Shown piece after piece: positions 25,730-39,019 of a DNA stretch of 64,000 nucleotides (positions are counted from its first letter, which is position 1; each line of letters opens with the position of its first letter). A model generated the notes under the pieces. The model made no database searches, was not told the DNA's origin, and worked only from the letters and a program-made list of their open reading frames with translations. The DNA comes from Octopus sinensis (Eukaryota). Both the position numbers and the translations under genes were made by a program. The stretch lies in assembly GCF_006345805.1 (NCBI RefSeq), contig NC_042998.1, positions 26,412,001 to 26,476,000 of the forward strand. Reading direction: 5' to 3'.

Positions 25730-26100
25730 GCACAGTGTAGCTGTGTGGTAAGAAGCTTGCTTACCAACCACATGGTTCTGGGTTCAGTCCCACTGCGTGG
25801 CACCTTGGGCAAGTGTCTTCTACTATAGTCTCGGGCCAACCAAAACCTTGTGAGTGGATTTGGTAGATGGAAACTGAAAGAAGCCCACCGTATACATATA
25901 TATATGTGTCTGTGTTTGTTCCCCACATCATTGCTTGACAACTAATGTTGGTGTATTTACATTCCCGTAACTTAGCAGTTTGGCAAAAGAGACCAATAGA
26001 ATAAGTACTAGGCTTACGAAGGATAAGTCCTGGGGTTGATTTGTTTGACTAAAGGTGGTGCTCCAGCATGGTCGCAGTCAAATGACTGAAACAAGTAAAA
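25730..26100 (+). mobile_element. SINE S1
   Basis: Shared head, body and tail. Confidence 0.8.
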
Positions 26101-26121
26101 AAAAAGAATATATATATATAT

Positions 26122-26503
26122 AATTGAATAAGATAGATTACAAGAAGGATTACAGTTGGATGGTTATTTTCTAATCTCTGCAAGTGTTTTCATACAATAT
26201 CGTTCTATATATATGTACAGGTATTTGATTATGCAACCATTTACCTGTATAATGGGATCCAGTTATATTTCCTCAGGTAATATTGAATTGCTGTCTCTAT
26301 TAGTTAAAAAAACCTTCGACTTTGATGCTAACAACAACTGAATATCACCTGAGGAAATACAACTGGATCCCATTATACAGGTAAACGGTTGCGTAATCAA
26401 ATACCTGTATATATAGAGAATTACGTTTTATGAAAACATTTGTAGTGATTAAAAAATAACTGTCAAATTTTTATCCTTCTTCTTGACTCTATCTTATTCA
26501 ATT
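26122..26503. repeat. Fold-back element with about 165-bp arms and a 45-nt loop
   Basis: For example ttacctgtataatgggatccagttatatttcctcagg versus cctgaggaaatacaactggatcccattatacaggtaa. Confidence 0.85.
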
Positions 26504-26653
26504 TTTATTGCCACACATGAAGAATTCCCAAATTTAGACCTCTAAGTATATTGTAATACTACAAGCAATTCGATAATTCTAAGGGTGAACGAGCTTAATA
26601 CTGTACTCTGCTACATTCCTAATGGAAGATACCTCATATGTATATATATATAT

Positions 26654-27100
26654 CATCATCATCATTTAACGTCCGCTTTCCATGCTAGCATGGGTTGGAC
26701 GATTTGACTGAGGTCTGGTGAACCAGCCTCCAATCTGATCTGGCAGAGTTTCTACAGCTGGATGCCCTTCCTAATGCCAACCACTCCGAGAGTGAAGCGA
26801 GTGCTTTTATGTGCTACCGGCATGACGGCCAGTTTGGTGGTACTGGCAACGGCCACGCCCAAATGGTGCTTTTTACATGCCACCTGCACAGGAGCCAGTC
26901 CAGCGGCACTGGAGATGACCTTGCTTGAATGTTTTACGTGCCACCAGCACAAGTACTAGTAAGGCGTCACGGTAACAATCACGCTCGAATGGTGTGCTTA
27001 ACGTACCATCGGCACGAAGGCCAGCTTGCTGCTCTGGCAACGATCTCTCTCGTATGGTACTCTTAGAGCTCCACTAGCAACGGATGCCAGTCACTAAGTT
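26654..27100 (-). mobile_element. RTE 3'-end-derived repeat, copy 1 of a tandem duplication
   Basis: Near-identical to 27146-27597. Confidence 0.8.
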
Positions 27101-27145
<45 letters not shown>

Positions 27146-27596
27146 CATCATCATCATTTAACGTCCGCTTTCCATGCTAGCATGGGTTGGACGATTTGAC
27201 TGAGGTCTGGTGAACCAGCCTCCAATCTGATCTGGCAGAGTTTCTACAGCTGGATGCCCTTCCTAATGCCAACCACTCCGAGAGTGAAGCGAGTGCTTTT
27301 ATGTGCTACCGGCATGACGGCCAGTTTGGTGGTACTGGCAACGGCCACGCCCAAATGGTGCTTTTTACATGCCACCTGCACAGGAGCCAGTCCAGCGGCA
27401 CTGGCGATGACCTTGCTTGAATGTTTTACGTGCCACCAGCACAAGTACTAGTAAGGCGACGCGGTAACAATCACGCTCGAATGGTGTGCTTAACATGCCA
27501 TCGGCACAAAGGCCAGCTTGTTGCTCTGGCAAGCAATGATCTCTCTCGTATGGTACTCTTTGTGTTCCACTAGCAACGGATGCCAGTCACTAAGTT

Positions 27597-27597
<1 letters not shown>
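27146..27597 (-). mobile_element. RTE 3'-end-derived repeat, copy 2 of a tandem duplication
   Basis: 492-bp offset from copy 1. Confidence 0.8.
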
Positions 27598-27644
<47 letters not shown>

Positions 27645-27645
<1 letters not shown>

Positions 27646-27915
27646 GCCAGCCTCGTCTGGCACCTGTGTCGGTGACACATAAGAAAACATCATCCGAGCG
27701 TGGCCGTCTGCCAGCCTCGTCTGGCACCTGTGTCGGTGGCACATAAAATCACCCACTACACTCTCGGAGTGGTTGGCGTTAGGAAGGGCATCCAGCTGTA
27801 GAAACACTGCCAGATCTGACTGGCCTGGTGCAGCCTTCGGGCTTGCCAGACCCCAGTTGAACTGTCCAACCCATGCTAGCATGGAAAGCGGACGTTAAAC
27901 AATGATGATGATGAT
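27645..27915 (+). mobile_element. RTE 3'-end-derived repeat
   Basis: Shared motif with (GAT)n tail. Confidence 0.75.
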
Positions 27916-27939
27916 ATATATACAAACACACACACAGTG

Positions 27940-28150
27940 GTTGTTGAGCTTCTTCAGGGTGACACTGACTTCATTGCAGGTGACAAGATCAAGTCTCCAA
28001 GTGTTGTTGGTTGTGGCTATGTCTGCAGTGATGGTTAGGCTGGGATTAATTGGGACATTTGGGTGATGGAGAAGCAGGCTGAAGTGCTCCTGCCAGCATT
28101 CAAGGCAGGCGGTTTCTGTGGTGATGACATTGCCGTTGGTATTTTCACCA
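27940..28150 (-). pseudogene. LINE (RTE-like) ORF2 fragment between endonuclease and RT
   Basis: Translation NGNVITTETACLECWQEHFSLLLHHP...TCNEVSVTLKKLNN resembles the WxEHFxxLLN...TxxEVxxAIKKLKN motif. Confidence 0.65.
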
Positions 28151-28365
28151 GGGCGGCGAGCTGGTAGAAACGTTAGCACGCTGGGCGAAATGCGTAGCCG
28201 TATTTTGTCTGCCGTTACGTTCTGAGTTCAAATTCCGCTGAGGTCGACTTTGCCTTTCATCCTTTTGGGGTCGATAAATTAAGTACCAGTTAAGCACTGG
28301 GGTCGATGTAATCGACTTAATCTGTTTGTCTGTCCTTGTTTGTCTTCTCTGTGTTTAGCCCCTTG
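28150..28365 (+). mobile_element. SINE S3
   Basis: Full head-to-tail copy. Confidence 0.8.
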
Positions 28366-28558
28366 TGGGTAGTAAAGAAATAGGCATTTTCACCAGGACT
28401 TCTTTCAGTTTCTGTCCACCAAATCCACTCACAAAGCTTTAGTTGGTGCAAGAAACTTGCCCAAGGTGTCACACAGTGGAACTGAACCCAAAAGCATGTG
28501 GTTGAGAGGCAAACTCCTTTCCACACAGCCATGTCTGCGCCTGCATAAACTCTAGAGT

Positions 28559-29168
28559 AGAGGGAGACCCAGGTAGACATGGGATGAGGTGGTGAAGCAT
28601 GACCTTTGAACATTGGGCCTCACAGAGGTAATGACAAAAGACCGAGACCTCTGGAGGTATGCTGTGACTGAGAAGACCTGGCAAATAAAGTGAGTCCACA
28701 GCTGTAACCTACACCAATGTCGCACAACCAGCCCACTCAAAAGTACCTTGTATCATAGAGTGACATGCCATGCTTGAGGAGACCTATTAAGAGAAGTACA
28801 TCAACATCAACAGCAATATCAAATCAAATCAAATGGAAATTATAGTTGTGAGCCCCATGCCGGTAGCATGCAAAAAGCATCATCTGAACATGGCTGATGC
28901 CAGTGCCGCTTTGACTGGCTTCCATGCCAGTGGCATGTAAAAAGCATCATTTGATCATGGTTGATGCAGGATCCTCTGGCCCCTGTGCCAGTGGCACATA
29001 AAAAGCACCCATTACACTCTGGAGTTGTTGGCGTTAGGAAGGTATCCAGCTGTAGAAACACTGCCAGATCAGATTGGGGGCCTGGTGCAGCCTCCTGGCT
29101 TCCCAGACTCCCTCCAACCCATGCCAGCATGAAAAGCGGATGTTAAACAATGATGATGATGATGATGA
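28559..29168 (+). mobile_element. RTE LINE 3' end (end of ORF2, 3'UTR, (GAT)n tail)
   Basis: RGRPR*TWDEVVKHDL*TLGLTEVMTKDRDLWRYAV, followed by the repeated UTR and a gatgatgat tail. Confidence 0.75.
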
Positions 29169-29299
29169 ATGCCAGTCTGGTAAAACAAAGAAAAAGACCC
29201 TTTCATTTAATTACTAAATGTATTTTTCATTCCTGTCATTTAAATTAATATCTTCGTTAATATCCATAAAGCAGAGTAATCAGTTGTTTCTGATTTCAG

Positions 29300-29351
29300 C
29301 TCCTCTTGTCAGAAACTTTAACTTTATTAAGTTCCTATAGAAAGCTATTTG
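29300..29351 (+). CDS. Candidate exon (LLLSETLTLLSSYRKLF, phase 0 to 1)
   Basis: Good acceptor gtttctgatttcag and donor TTG|gtaaga; no supporting homology. Confidence 0.25.
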
Positions 29352-30074
29352 GTAAGAATCTCAAAGGTTTTCTTTATTGAAAATTTCTATTATATAATTT
29401 TTTCATTGTCTGAATCTATTTCACAGATCAATGGAATAAAAGAGCAAACTCAAGCAAAATCTTTATTAGCAAAATTTGTTTTAGTTTTTGGGACATTTAT
29501 AAGATTCAGATGCCAACTTATAAAACCAAATTAAAAATAGAAATAGAGTATATATGTACATAAGACTATTTTATTTTCCTTTATGCTTTTTCTTTTTTTT
29601 TTTTGCTTCATTTTATCCAATAAAAAAATATTCCTGGCAACAATATAATATTGATAAATCAATATGTATGTTTAAAAATGAGTGATAGAAGGAGAATGAA
29701 AGGGGCACTGGAGTGGAAACCTATGGTAGCAAATAAGCAGTGGAAGATCCAATCCTGCTTAGCAAATATATACATATATATATATATATATATACATAAC
29801 AATATCTGAAACACAATCAAAAGGCTTGGTGTGATAAGCAACAGATGGTACCCCAGAGACAAACAACATAGATGTGGATAGACTGATGTGTGACAGAGCA
29901 TACAGTGGACTAGAGGTTAGATTAATGCTTGAAATAATTACAGTATAGCACAATCAAAAATTAAAGGATAATGGTAAACTGATTAGACCAGTTTAAAGAG
30001 ATCCTTACAAAAAAAAAAAAAAAAATGTGAAGTAAGCAAATTAAACACTTGACTGTAAGATTAATTTGTTATTC

Positions 30075-30248
30075 TTTTATTTGCTTCAGTAATTTGACTG
30101 TGGCCATGCTGGAGCACCACCTTTAGTCGAACAAATCGACACCAGGACTTATTCTTTTGTAAGCCTAGTACTTACTCTATCAGTCTCTTTTGCTGAACCA
30201 CTAATATCAGTTGTCAAGCAAGGGTGGAGAGACAAACACAGACACACT

Positions 30249-30292
<44 letters not shown>

Positions 30293-30448
30293 GAGCTTCT
30301 TTCAGTTTCTATCAACTAAATCCACTCACAAGGCTTTGGTAAGCTCAAGGCTATAGAAGAAGACACTTGCCCAAGGAGCCACGCAGTGGGACTGAACCTG
30401 GGACCATGTGGTTGGTGAGCAGGTTACCAAACAGCCACTTCTGTGCCT
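30075..30448 (-). mobile_element. SINE S1
   Basis: Reverse complement of shared head, body and tail. Confidence 0.8.
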
Positions 30449-31029
30449 AATATTAGAATTTTAGAAAGTTAAGTGTCATTTTCATTGATTTACTAAATCG
30501 ATATATTTAATTTTGTGGGGGAAGGGTATGAAAGTTTACTAAATTTTCACTCTCTACTGAATCCTTCCCATAATATGGAAAAGTAATAATAAAGAATTGA
30601 TTTTACCAGATGGCAGACATGCCAGCTAATCTGGAGTATTTTGTTTTTGGGTGAACTAACAAAGGAACCTTTATATTGGGCAAGCTAGAAATAGCAGTCA
30701 AATTTTGTTCAAATTGCATCCTGCTATTGTAAAAAAAGGAAGGACTTAGTGGGGAAAATTACTGTAGATTTTACGGAACTTGGAAAAATTGGGATAATCC
30801 TAGACAGAAAATCTTAGATTATATTCTAGCTCAGTCAGAGCTGATCTGAAGTTAAACAACAACAGCAATAACTTTACTTTCTCTCATTGTTGTTATTGTT
30901 TATGATCAATAACATTCCACTCATGGCCCTCCATCTGCTGCCCACTGAGTCATTCCCCTTTTTTAGGACTGTAAGGTGTGATTTAAGGAAGATTTGGCTG
31001 CTATTTTTATCAGATTGAATGACTGTGAC

Positions 31030-31270
31030 TAAGGACTGGCAAGCCAGGAGGCTGCGCCAGTTTCCAATCTGTTCTGGCAATGTTTCTATGGCTGGATGCC
31101 TTTCCTAATGCCATCCACTCCAAGAGTGTAGTGGGTGCTTTTTACATGCCTCCAGCATGGGAGCCAGTCGGGTGGCACTGGCATCAACCATGCCCAAATG
31201 GTGCTTTTTATGTGCCACCAGCATGAGAGCCAGTCAGGTGGCACTGGCGTCGGCCATGCTCAAATGGTAT
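31030..31270 (-). mobile_element. RTE 3'-end-derived repeat (partial)
   Basis: Shared ggctggatgcc..cctaatgcca motif and internal units. Confidence 0.6.
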
Positions 31271-31604
31271 TCTTCAAACTTTTTTTTTGCTGTTGTTGCT
31301 TAGTCAGGAGGAGAAGGCAATGTGCTTAATAACCATTTATACCGCCTCCAAGACCAGTGGCAGGAAGCCAAATATCCTCATTCCACCGACCTGGCCCAGA
31401 AGGTTTGCAACAAAATGGAGTCCATTCTGAGGCATCCAAGGATGAAGTGATAGTGTTATACTAAGCAATGGATTATCTCTATGACTTAAGTCAGGCAAGG
31501 TGGGATTTGAACTCAGACTGTAAAAGACCAGAACTACCTCAAGATTTCTTACCCAACATTCTAACAATTTCACCAGTCCAGTGCCTGAAACTGGTACTTC
31601 AGTT

Positions 31605-31605
31605 G

Positions 31606-31642
<37 letters not shown>

Positions 31643-31860
31643 TTAATGTCCATTTTCCATGCTGGCATGGTGGATGGTTTAACAGAAGCTGATATGGCCA
31701 GGAACCACACCAGGCTCAATTGTCTAGTTTGGCACAGTTTCTACAGCTTGATCCCCTTCCTACTTTACAGCGGTCAGCCACTTTATAGAGTGTACCGAGT
31801 GCTTTTTACATGGTACCAGCACCACTGCTTTTTATATGGCACCACCACTAACAGGGTCAC
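31605..31860 (-). mobile_element. RTE 3'-end-derived repeat
   Basis: Long (CAT)n plus shared motif. Confidence 0.65.
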
Positions 31861-32759
31861 CCAGCAACTTGAAAAACAAAACTTCTCTGCTGAGAGTGGA
31901 GGAGTAGTATTGAGGTGAGAGTGTCTTTGTGCCAGTTGAGAGATTAAAGGTGAAAAGTGATAAGGGTAGGAGTCCAGTCAGATTTAAACTCAGAAGGCAA
32001 AATGCCAAATATTTTGCTACAGCGCAATTTGTCATGTACTTTTGCAACTCTGCCAGTTCATACTCAAATGACCATCTGTGTATAGAGTTTTTTTTTTCTT
32101 CTCTTATCTTTCCAAAGCATGCATTATACCTTTGATTTGCGAACACTTCCTAACTCAATCAGTCTCACAGATGAAGTAAATCAAATTTCTTTCATCCAAT
32201 TCCATAGGTTATATGTACTCTAGTTTCATTATTCTATATTCCTCATAATATCATACAATTTTCTTTTTATTTGTAGAGAAAATTTCTCTTTAACAATTAA
32301 TTTGTCCTCTTGTGAATTCAAGTGTGATCATAAATATTCATGTAGTTTCTCACATCTTCGAACACACTCCATGACTTCTTTAAGTATATGTATAATTGTG
32401 TCAGTAATATTTATATGTATATTATATCTATAATCGTATAAGCTTAAATGTATAATCTCACAACTATTAGATCTCTGACTAAAAAGAAACAAAACAGATT
32501 CATTCAGATGAATTCCGTTTTAAATTCTTACTAATCACTTTGAAGAGTCTGTCATCGTTGGTCATCAGTCCAAGATAGAAATTGAAAAGGAATGCATACA
32601 TAAATGCAAATGAAATGAAGAATTATAAGGTACTTGTTGACCGATGGGAACACAACTAGAGATGTAAGAATATAAGTATTGACCTTGTTATTTTGATCTC
32701 ATACTAAATACTTCCTTGGATATTTTTCCACAGCCCTTAAAAATCATACCATTGTGTAG

Positions 32760-32993
32760 TGTTCCGATCGTGGCTGATGCTAGCCTCTCCTGGCACCTGT
32801 GCCAGTGGAATGTAAAAAGCACCCACTACACTCACAGAGTGGTTGGCATTAGGAAGGGCATCCAGCTGTAGAAACACTGCCTGATCAGACTGGAGCCTGG
32901 TGGAGCCTCCTGGCTTCCCAGACCCCGGTCGAACCGTCCAACCCGTGCTAGCATGGAAAACGGACATTAAACGATGATGATGATGATGATGAA
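32760..32993 (+). mobile_element. RTE 3'-end-derived repeat
   Basis: Shared motif with (GAT)n tail. Confidence 0.75.
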
Positions 32994-34884
32994 AATCTAT
33001 GTATCACTGAAGTCACCGTTTTTGTTTGGCAGCACTGGTAAATGTTATATTTAGCTGAGGAGGTCTAATAAAACTGAAACATATAGTACTGTCACAGTAC
33101 TGCCAAAATGAAACTGACTCCCTACTACATAAGTCACATGCTATTTTTTAGAATTTATTTTAATTAATTAAAATTTTGGTGTTGATTCCCAGGCATTTCT
33201 TGATCCAGCTGTGGTTTAACAAGGGTTCTCAGCACTCAGGGATAAAAACAGCTTTGGAAACCCCATCTTAGTTAGCAGGCATGACAAGCAAGAGGAAATT
33301 GTGTGCCTCTTCATATCCACCCAAGCCCTGAGGGGCAACTGCATCCCACTACTATGCCACAGCATTAAGCTAATGAATATTTCTCTTCTCTATGGCTGCT
33401 TTTAATTAATTGAAATTTCTAGGTTGACTATATACTAAGTACATTAGCACTGGCCTTACCATTAATGAGTTGATTTAACAGACTGAGTACATAATGCTAG
33501 TGACATGACAATAGAATTAACTCTATTTTGAAAAAACAAAAAAGTGTTTAGAAGAATTTTTTTTTTGTTCATTTTGTTCTAAAATGCATACTAATTCAAG
33601 TATTTCAATAAAATAACTGATTCAATTCTTTTAAATATATTATTATATATAAACGTTTTTAACCAAAAAATTTAATAAGAAGAATAATACTAAAATACAA
33701 ATAAAAGCGAAGTCAATTATATTTACGACTCTTAAATTCTGTAACAACTTGATCAAAATATTTATTTTTTAAAAGTAAAGATTTAACATTTTATTGTAAT
33801 CTTTGATATCATTTGCTTTAAAAAAAAATTCCTATTTCAAACAATTGCTATGCGGTTTGTTTAATTCTATTTTGGTCTGCTACAAAGTAAAGCTATATCT
33901 CATACCGGCATGTCTAACAATAGCCTCGGTTAGATATACCAATAGACCACTGAGTTCAAGTGTCCTCAAGTATTGCTGCTTCCGTTCATTGTTGCTGATA
34001 TTGAACACTTTGAATGACCGACGTCAGCAATAAATAATAATTAATAGAATAATATAAAACAGCAGATTATGAGATAACTAACGATGTTCCACATTAGAAA
34101 GAAGTAAATGTGGAATGAAATTTATACCTCATGGCATGAAAGTTATTCAACAGTTTGAATTATTTACTAATTTCCTCACTACTATAAAATCAAAATCAAG
34201 ATAATATTCTTATTTATTTGTTTGTTATGAATTCTGCACAAATGGCTATTTCTTGATACATTTGTTTAGAATTATTTCTCTGTGTGTTTCTATGTGTGCA
34301 TTTGCCTAAGCAGATATACACAAATACAAAACTGACTTAACAAAAATTAGTTTCCTGTTAAAATATAAATTTACCAAAACAATTAATTCTCTGGAGATGT
34401 ACTTGCATAGCAAGTGACCTGATCTGAGATTGTGTGCTGGAACGAAAGCAATTGCAGCATGGAAGGTGTTTGTTTATAAGCCATTTAAGAAACACACAAA
34501 AACTGTTAGATTCACTTCAACACTTAAATCTAATTTGCCAAAATATTTTCGTCGCTTTGAGACCACGACCTGTTCATTGACAAAATTCCATGCGGCATTA
34601 ATTAATTCTCTTGTATAAATATACAAACGGGTGCTGAGAAGTTCCTGACTTAAAGGGTATCGTGAAATGCCTGGCTAATCTTTTGCAGGGCTTAGAAAAC
34701 TGAAGGACCATAGCACTCCCTCATATATATATATGTATATATTATTTAGAGATAGAAGTTCCCATGCAAAACATCAAATCCTAATATAAATCACACCATA
34801 TAATGGAATTTTATTTTAATACTTACTAATTATTTCTAATTGAAATGATTAGTAAGTATTAGAAATAATTAGTAAGTATTAAAA

Positions 34885-35058
34885 TGTAAAAAGCACCCAC
34901 TGCATTCTCAGAGTGGTTGGCGTTAGGAAGGGCATCCAGCTGTAGAAACTCTGCCAGATCAAGATTGGAGCCTGTTGCAGCCATCTAGTTCGCCAGCCAT
35001 CAGTCGAAATCGTCCAACCCATGCTAGCATGGAAAGCGGACGTTAAACGATGATGATG
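34885..35058 (+). mobile_element. RTE 3'-end-derived repeat
   Basis: Shared motif with (GAT)n tail. Confidence 0.75.
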
Positions 35059-35823
35059 AATAATAACAATAAATATAGTAATAAGTACTGAGGTCAGAGG
35101 ACTCAACTAAAATCTCTTGAAGGGAGTGCTCCAGCATGGCTACAATCTAATGGCTAAAACATGTAAAAGATGAAAAATACAAAAACAACTTTAAAAAAAT
35201 AGAGATAAAATAGTTCAACTTTGCAATTCAGTTGATGTCTCGATTCAACTAGAAAGCTTTTTTCTTTCCTTTTTCTTTTTTTTTTTAATGTTGTATAAAC
35301 AAAACTACAGTTTCAAACAAAGAGCCAATGTAATTTATATAGCCATACTTTTGTGCTTGGAACTTTTTTTAAATTTCAGGAAAAAAAAAAAAAAAAAGTA
35401 AAAATAAATAAAAAAAAAATTATAAAGGAAAAGTCATTTACGTATTTTATAGTGTCTGATGTTAAGTTGTACACAAAGACAAAGTTTTCAACATCAGGAG
35501 TTCAACCAGTGAAAAGTGAACAAAAAGAAAAAAAATAAGTGCACACCAAAAAAAAAGAAGAAAAAAACTGCACATAAACACAGGTTCTTTTATTTATAAG
35601 AAAAGAAAATTATTTTGGTAGATACATTTTTTTTAAAAAAAGAAAACTGTCATATATGTATATGTTTGTGCGCATGTATATATATATATATATATATATG
35701 TGCATATAATCGTGTGTGTGTGGAGATTTTAAGTTTATCTATGTTGATAATTATACAGATGCAGGTATGCAAGTGCACACACAAACACTCACAAATACAC
35801 CTAAATATATATTGGTGTGTGTG

Positions 35824-35864
<41 letters not shown>

Positions 35865-36729
35865 CCCAAAATATATATGTATATATACACACACACACAC
35901 ACATATAAATATGTATATATATACACACACATATAATACACATGCATCACCTATTATTTCATTTATAAAGGCAAGAAAAATATATATTCATACTGTACTG
36001 ATATATGTTTGTGTGTATGTTGTATGTATGTATGTTGTATGTACGTTGTCTGTGTGTATATTTAGTTTCCAAGTGAATCGTCAAAAGTGAGCCATAATTA
36101 TATGTGTGTGATGTGTGTATCTGTGTATACACTCGTACTTTGTCTGAATTTATATATGTACACACACACATACACAGAGGGAGTCCTCGTTAAACCATAT
36201 TCTGTTAAGCAAAGCGAGTGACTCTCAGTGTTGACTTCCACTGCCATCTTAGAATAAAAATATTACAAGGATACATATATATATATATATTCTGGACCTT
36301 ATTAAGTGAGTGCTGCAGACTCCCTGAAGTTATAAATTTCATTACAAAATATTAGGTTCACTCAATAATATAATCATGGATCATAATGTAAAATTAATTT
36401 TTCCTGCCTCTTGTTAGGAAATGTTGTGGCATTCGTTTTGACAAAGTACTTGCACAGCCTATAACTAGTGGTCTCATATGCACTAGGCAGACTGGTAAGA
36501 TGATGGGAGAAAGAAAAAATAAGGACTGAAGGTGAGAAGCATTTCACCAACACGCATTCTGTTAAGTAAAGATTATTTGCCAACATAAGGTGGCAGTCCT
36601 GGTGAGGACGAATGCTACTGCTATTTAGCCCTAGGAAACATCATCTCAAGCTGGCTATACAACACACTATCTGTGTTCTTATATTTTCGAACAAGGACAT
36701 TTAGCGCCCCCACTCAGGACAAAGCAATA

Positions 36730-36774
36730 TCTATGTATTGGGATTTCTGGGTTATTTTCCTTCATCAGCACAGA
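36730..36774 (-). ncRNA. Decayed hammerhead-like motif
   Basis: Reverse complement TCTGTG-CTGATGA-AGGAAAATAACCCA-GAAA-TCCCAA-T-A-CATAGA; stem I pairs, stems II and III are weak. Confidence 0.4.
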
Positions 36775-38509
36775 ATAACTGTTCAGCTAGAGGTGGGGCT
36801 GCTAAATTCTTGTTCGAAATATATAGCTTTCAAAGTGACACACAGTCACTGATCTAATAAAATAGAAAATTATGTTTATATTTTAATTTAATTTGCCCTT
36901 GCTACTCCCAACTGACTAATCCCTTAATTACCCTGCTGTTTGAATTTATTTGCATAATCCTGCTTCATTCTTCTACATTAAGCTTGTTGCTCTTTACTAT
37001 TCACACTGTGTTTGTTACTTACTCTTTCTTATCGCGCTCCACTCTTATAAACATTTATGGGGTGAAAAGTGATATGTATAAATTTGATGAAAATCTATTT
37101 ATTGAAATTGATTTTCTTTTATATTAATTCTGTTCTAAAAGTATCATGAGACTATCATGAAGCTTTGGCCAGCTTTGATCCAACCAGCAGAGCTCTTCAG
37201 TTAAGAACCATAGCATGATTATATCATTATAAAAAACATGACCAACTCTTCGATGGAATGGAGTGACCATTTAAATATTAACAACCAATCAGCATCACCT
37301 GACATTATCAGTAAGCAGCGGTTGACTTTAGAGAAAAGTTATGTAAGCTTCCTGCCAAATTTTATTTTGAAGGTTCTAGAAAGTCTTGCCCAGCGTTATA
37401 AAAAGTTGGCACTTTTAACCCCACACTAAAGTTAATTCATATCCTACATTGATACCAGTGATTTTATTCAGCTAAAATATGTTTTCATCTACTTCTACAA
37501 GTATTTACATCACATACTCTTAAAATATATGTTCAACAAAGTGAATTATCCTTGTCGTTTAATGTCAACATAGATACATGCATCCATCATTCTATCTATT
37601 TGCTTTATTTTCTGTTATGTTTATAATAATAATGGATGCATATAACATAACAGATTTAACTGGAACTCATTTTTTACCTTCCATATTGTAAAGCTTTAAC
37701 TATTACATCTTTGCAGAAATATTTTTCTCTATAATATACTTTGTACATATGTAATACATAAACTGCTTAACGCAATAAATGTACGGTGTCTGCTATTATG
37801 AGTTCATTCTTACCTATGAACACATATTCTTACCTAATTAACAATAAGATTATAATGAACACCCCACAATATGACCTTGTCATAATTTATTAAAAATTAG
37901 TCAGGTCAAAATAGCTTAAAGCATGTGTATATATTTTTGAGTAATAATTATGCTAGACAAGCAGGTTCTACTCAACAACAGAGCACACACAATGACAATA
38001 ATCACAAATGCAATTTGACACAATGTGTGTTGCCATGAAATTTTTGTTGATATTTTAGTGACTAGCTACTAAAATTTGATATTTTAGTGACTAGTTATCT
38101 TTAAGTCTTATATTGAATAGTGTGTCTTCAAGGAGGGTGATAATCTAATGGAAAATGTATTAAACTTTATCTGTGAAATAAAAACAAGAACTTGTAAGGA
38201 AATTAGAGACCAGTATTTTGGTGGTGAGAATGTGAAGGGTATGATGGTAAAAATCAAATAATTCTAGACATATGCAAGGCTAAGGACAATCTCAGGGCAT
38301 TCTCTTTTAAATTTAGAGTTGATGTAAATTCTAAGCCATTATCTGTTGGTGCAACAAAGCCTGTGATTGCAACAATAGAAAGGGGTCTTGAAGAGGCAGA
38401 GGTGAAACGATTTATTCATCAACAATTCATAGGGGCCATATTCGACCAAACAAATATCTTTTAAAGGGGCTACATGCTGAATGGTATAGTATAAGAGCAA
38501 CATTGTCAT

Positions 38510-38645
38510 TGTCGTCATCATCATCATCATCATCATTATCCTCATCATTATGTAACGTCTACTTTACCATGCTAAGATAAGTCAGATGGAATTTGTTGAG
38601 CCAGATTTTCTACATCTGGATACCCTTCCTGTTTCCAAGAAATGT
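38510..38645 (-). mobile_element. RTE 3'-end-derived repeat (diverged)
   Basis: (CAT)n followed by a degenerate shared motif. Confidence 0.5.
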
Positions 38646-38774
38646 TCTAATTTCCCCATATGGTCACATATAATTTTTGTGGAAAACTGAAAAAAATAAC
38701 AACACCGCTTGTATAACAGTGATACTCGTTTACATCATGTGATGTTAATTCAAGGCTACACACAAACTCACATA

Positions 38775-38950
38775 CATACACATATATACAACAGGTTCTT
38801 TTCAGTCTCTGTCTACTAAATCCACTCACAAGGCTTTAGCCAATCCCAGGTTATAGTAGAAGACACTTGCCTAAAGTGCCATGCAGTGGTATTGAACCCA
38901 AGACCACATGGTTGGGAAGCAAGCTTCTTAACCAAACAGCCGCATCTGCA
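38775..38950 (-). mobile_element. SINE S1, 5' half
   Basis: Reverse complement of the shared head. Confidence 0.7.
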
Positions 38951-39019
38951 GCAAAAGTTACGGGTTATAAACCACTGTGCAAAACTCGTTGTTTAATAAA
39001 AAATAATCTGCTGCCGTAG

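Noticed and set aside
34620-34725. mariner-like TIR start (gtgctgagaagttcctg)
   Set aside because: No convincing partner TIR or TSD
38228-38463. 78-codon open plus-strand frame (..DNLRAFSFKFRVDVNSKPLSVGATKPVIATIERGLEEAE..)
   Set aside because: Weak acceptor, no start codon, no recognisable motif, and phase does not fit the 39020 exon
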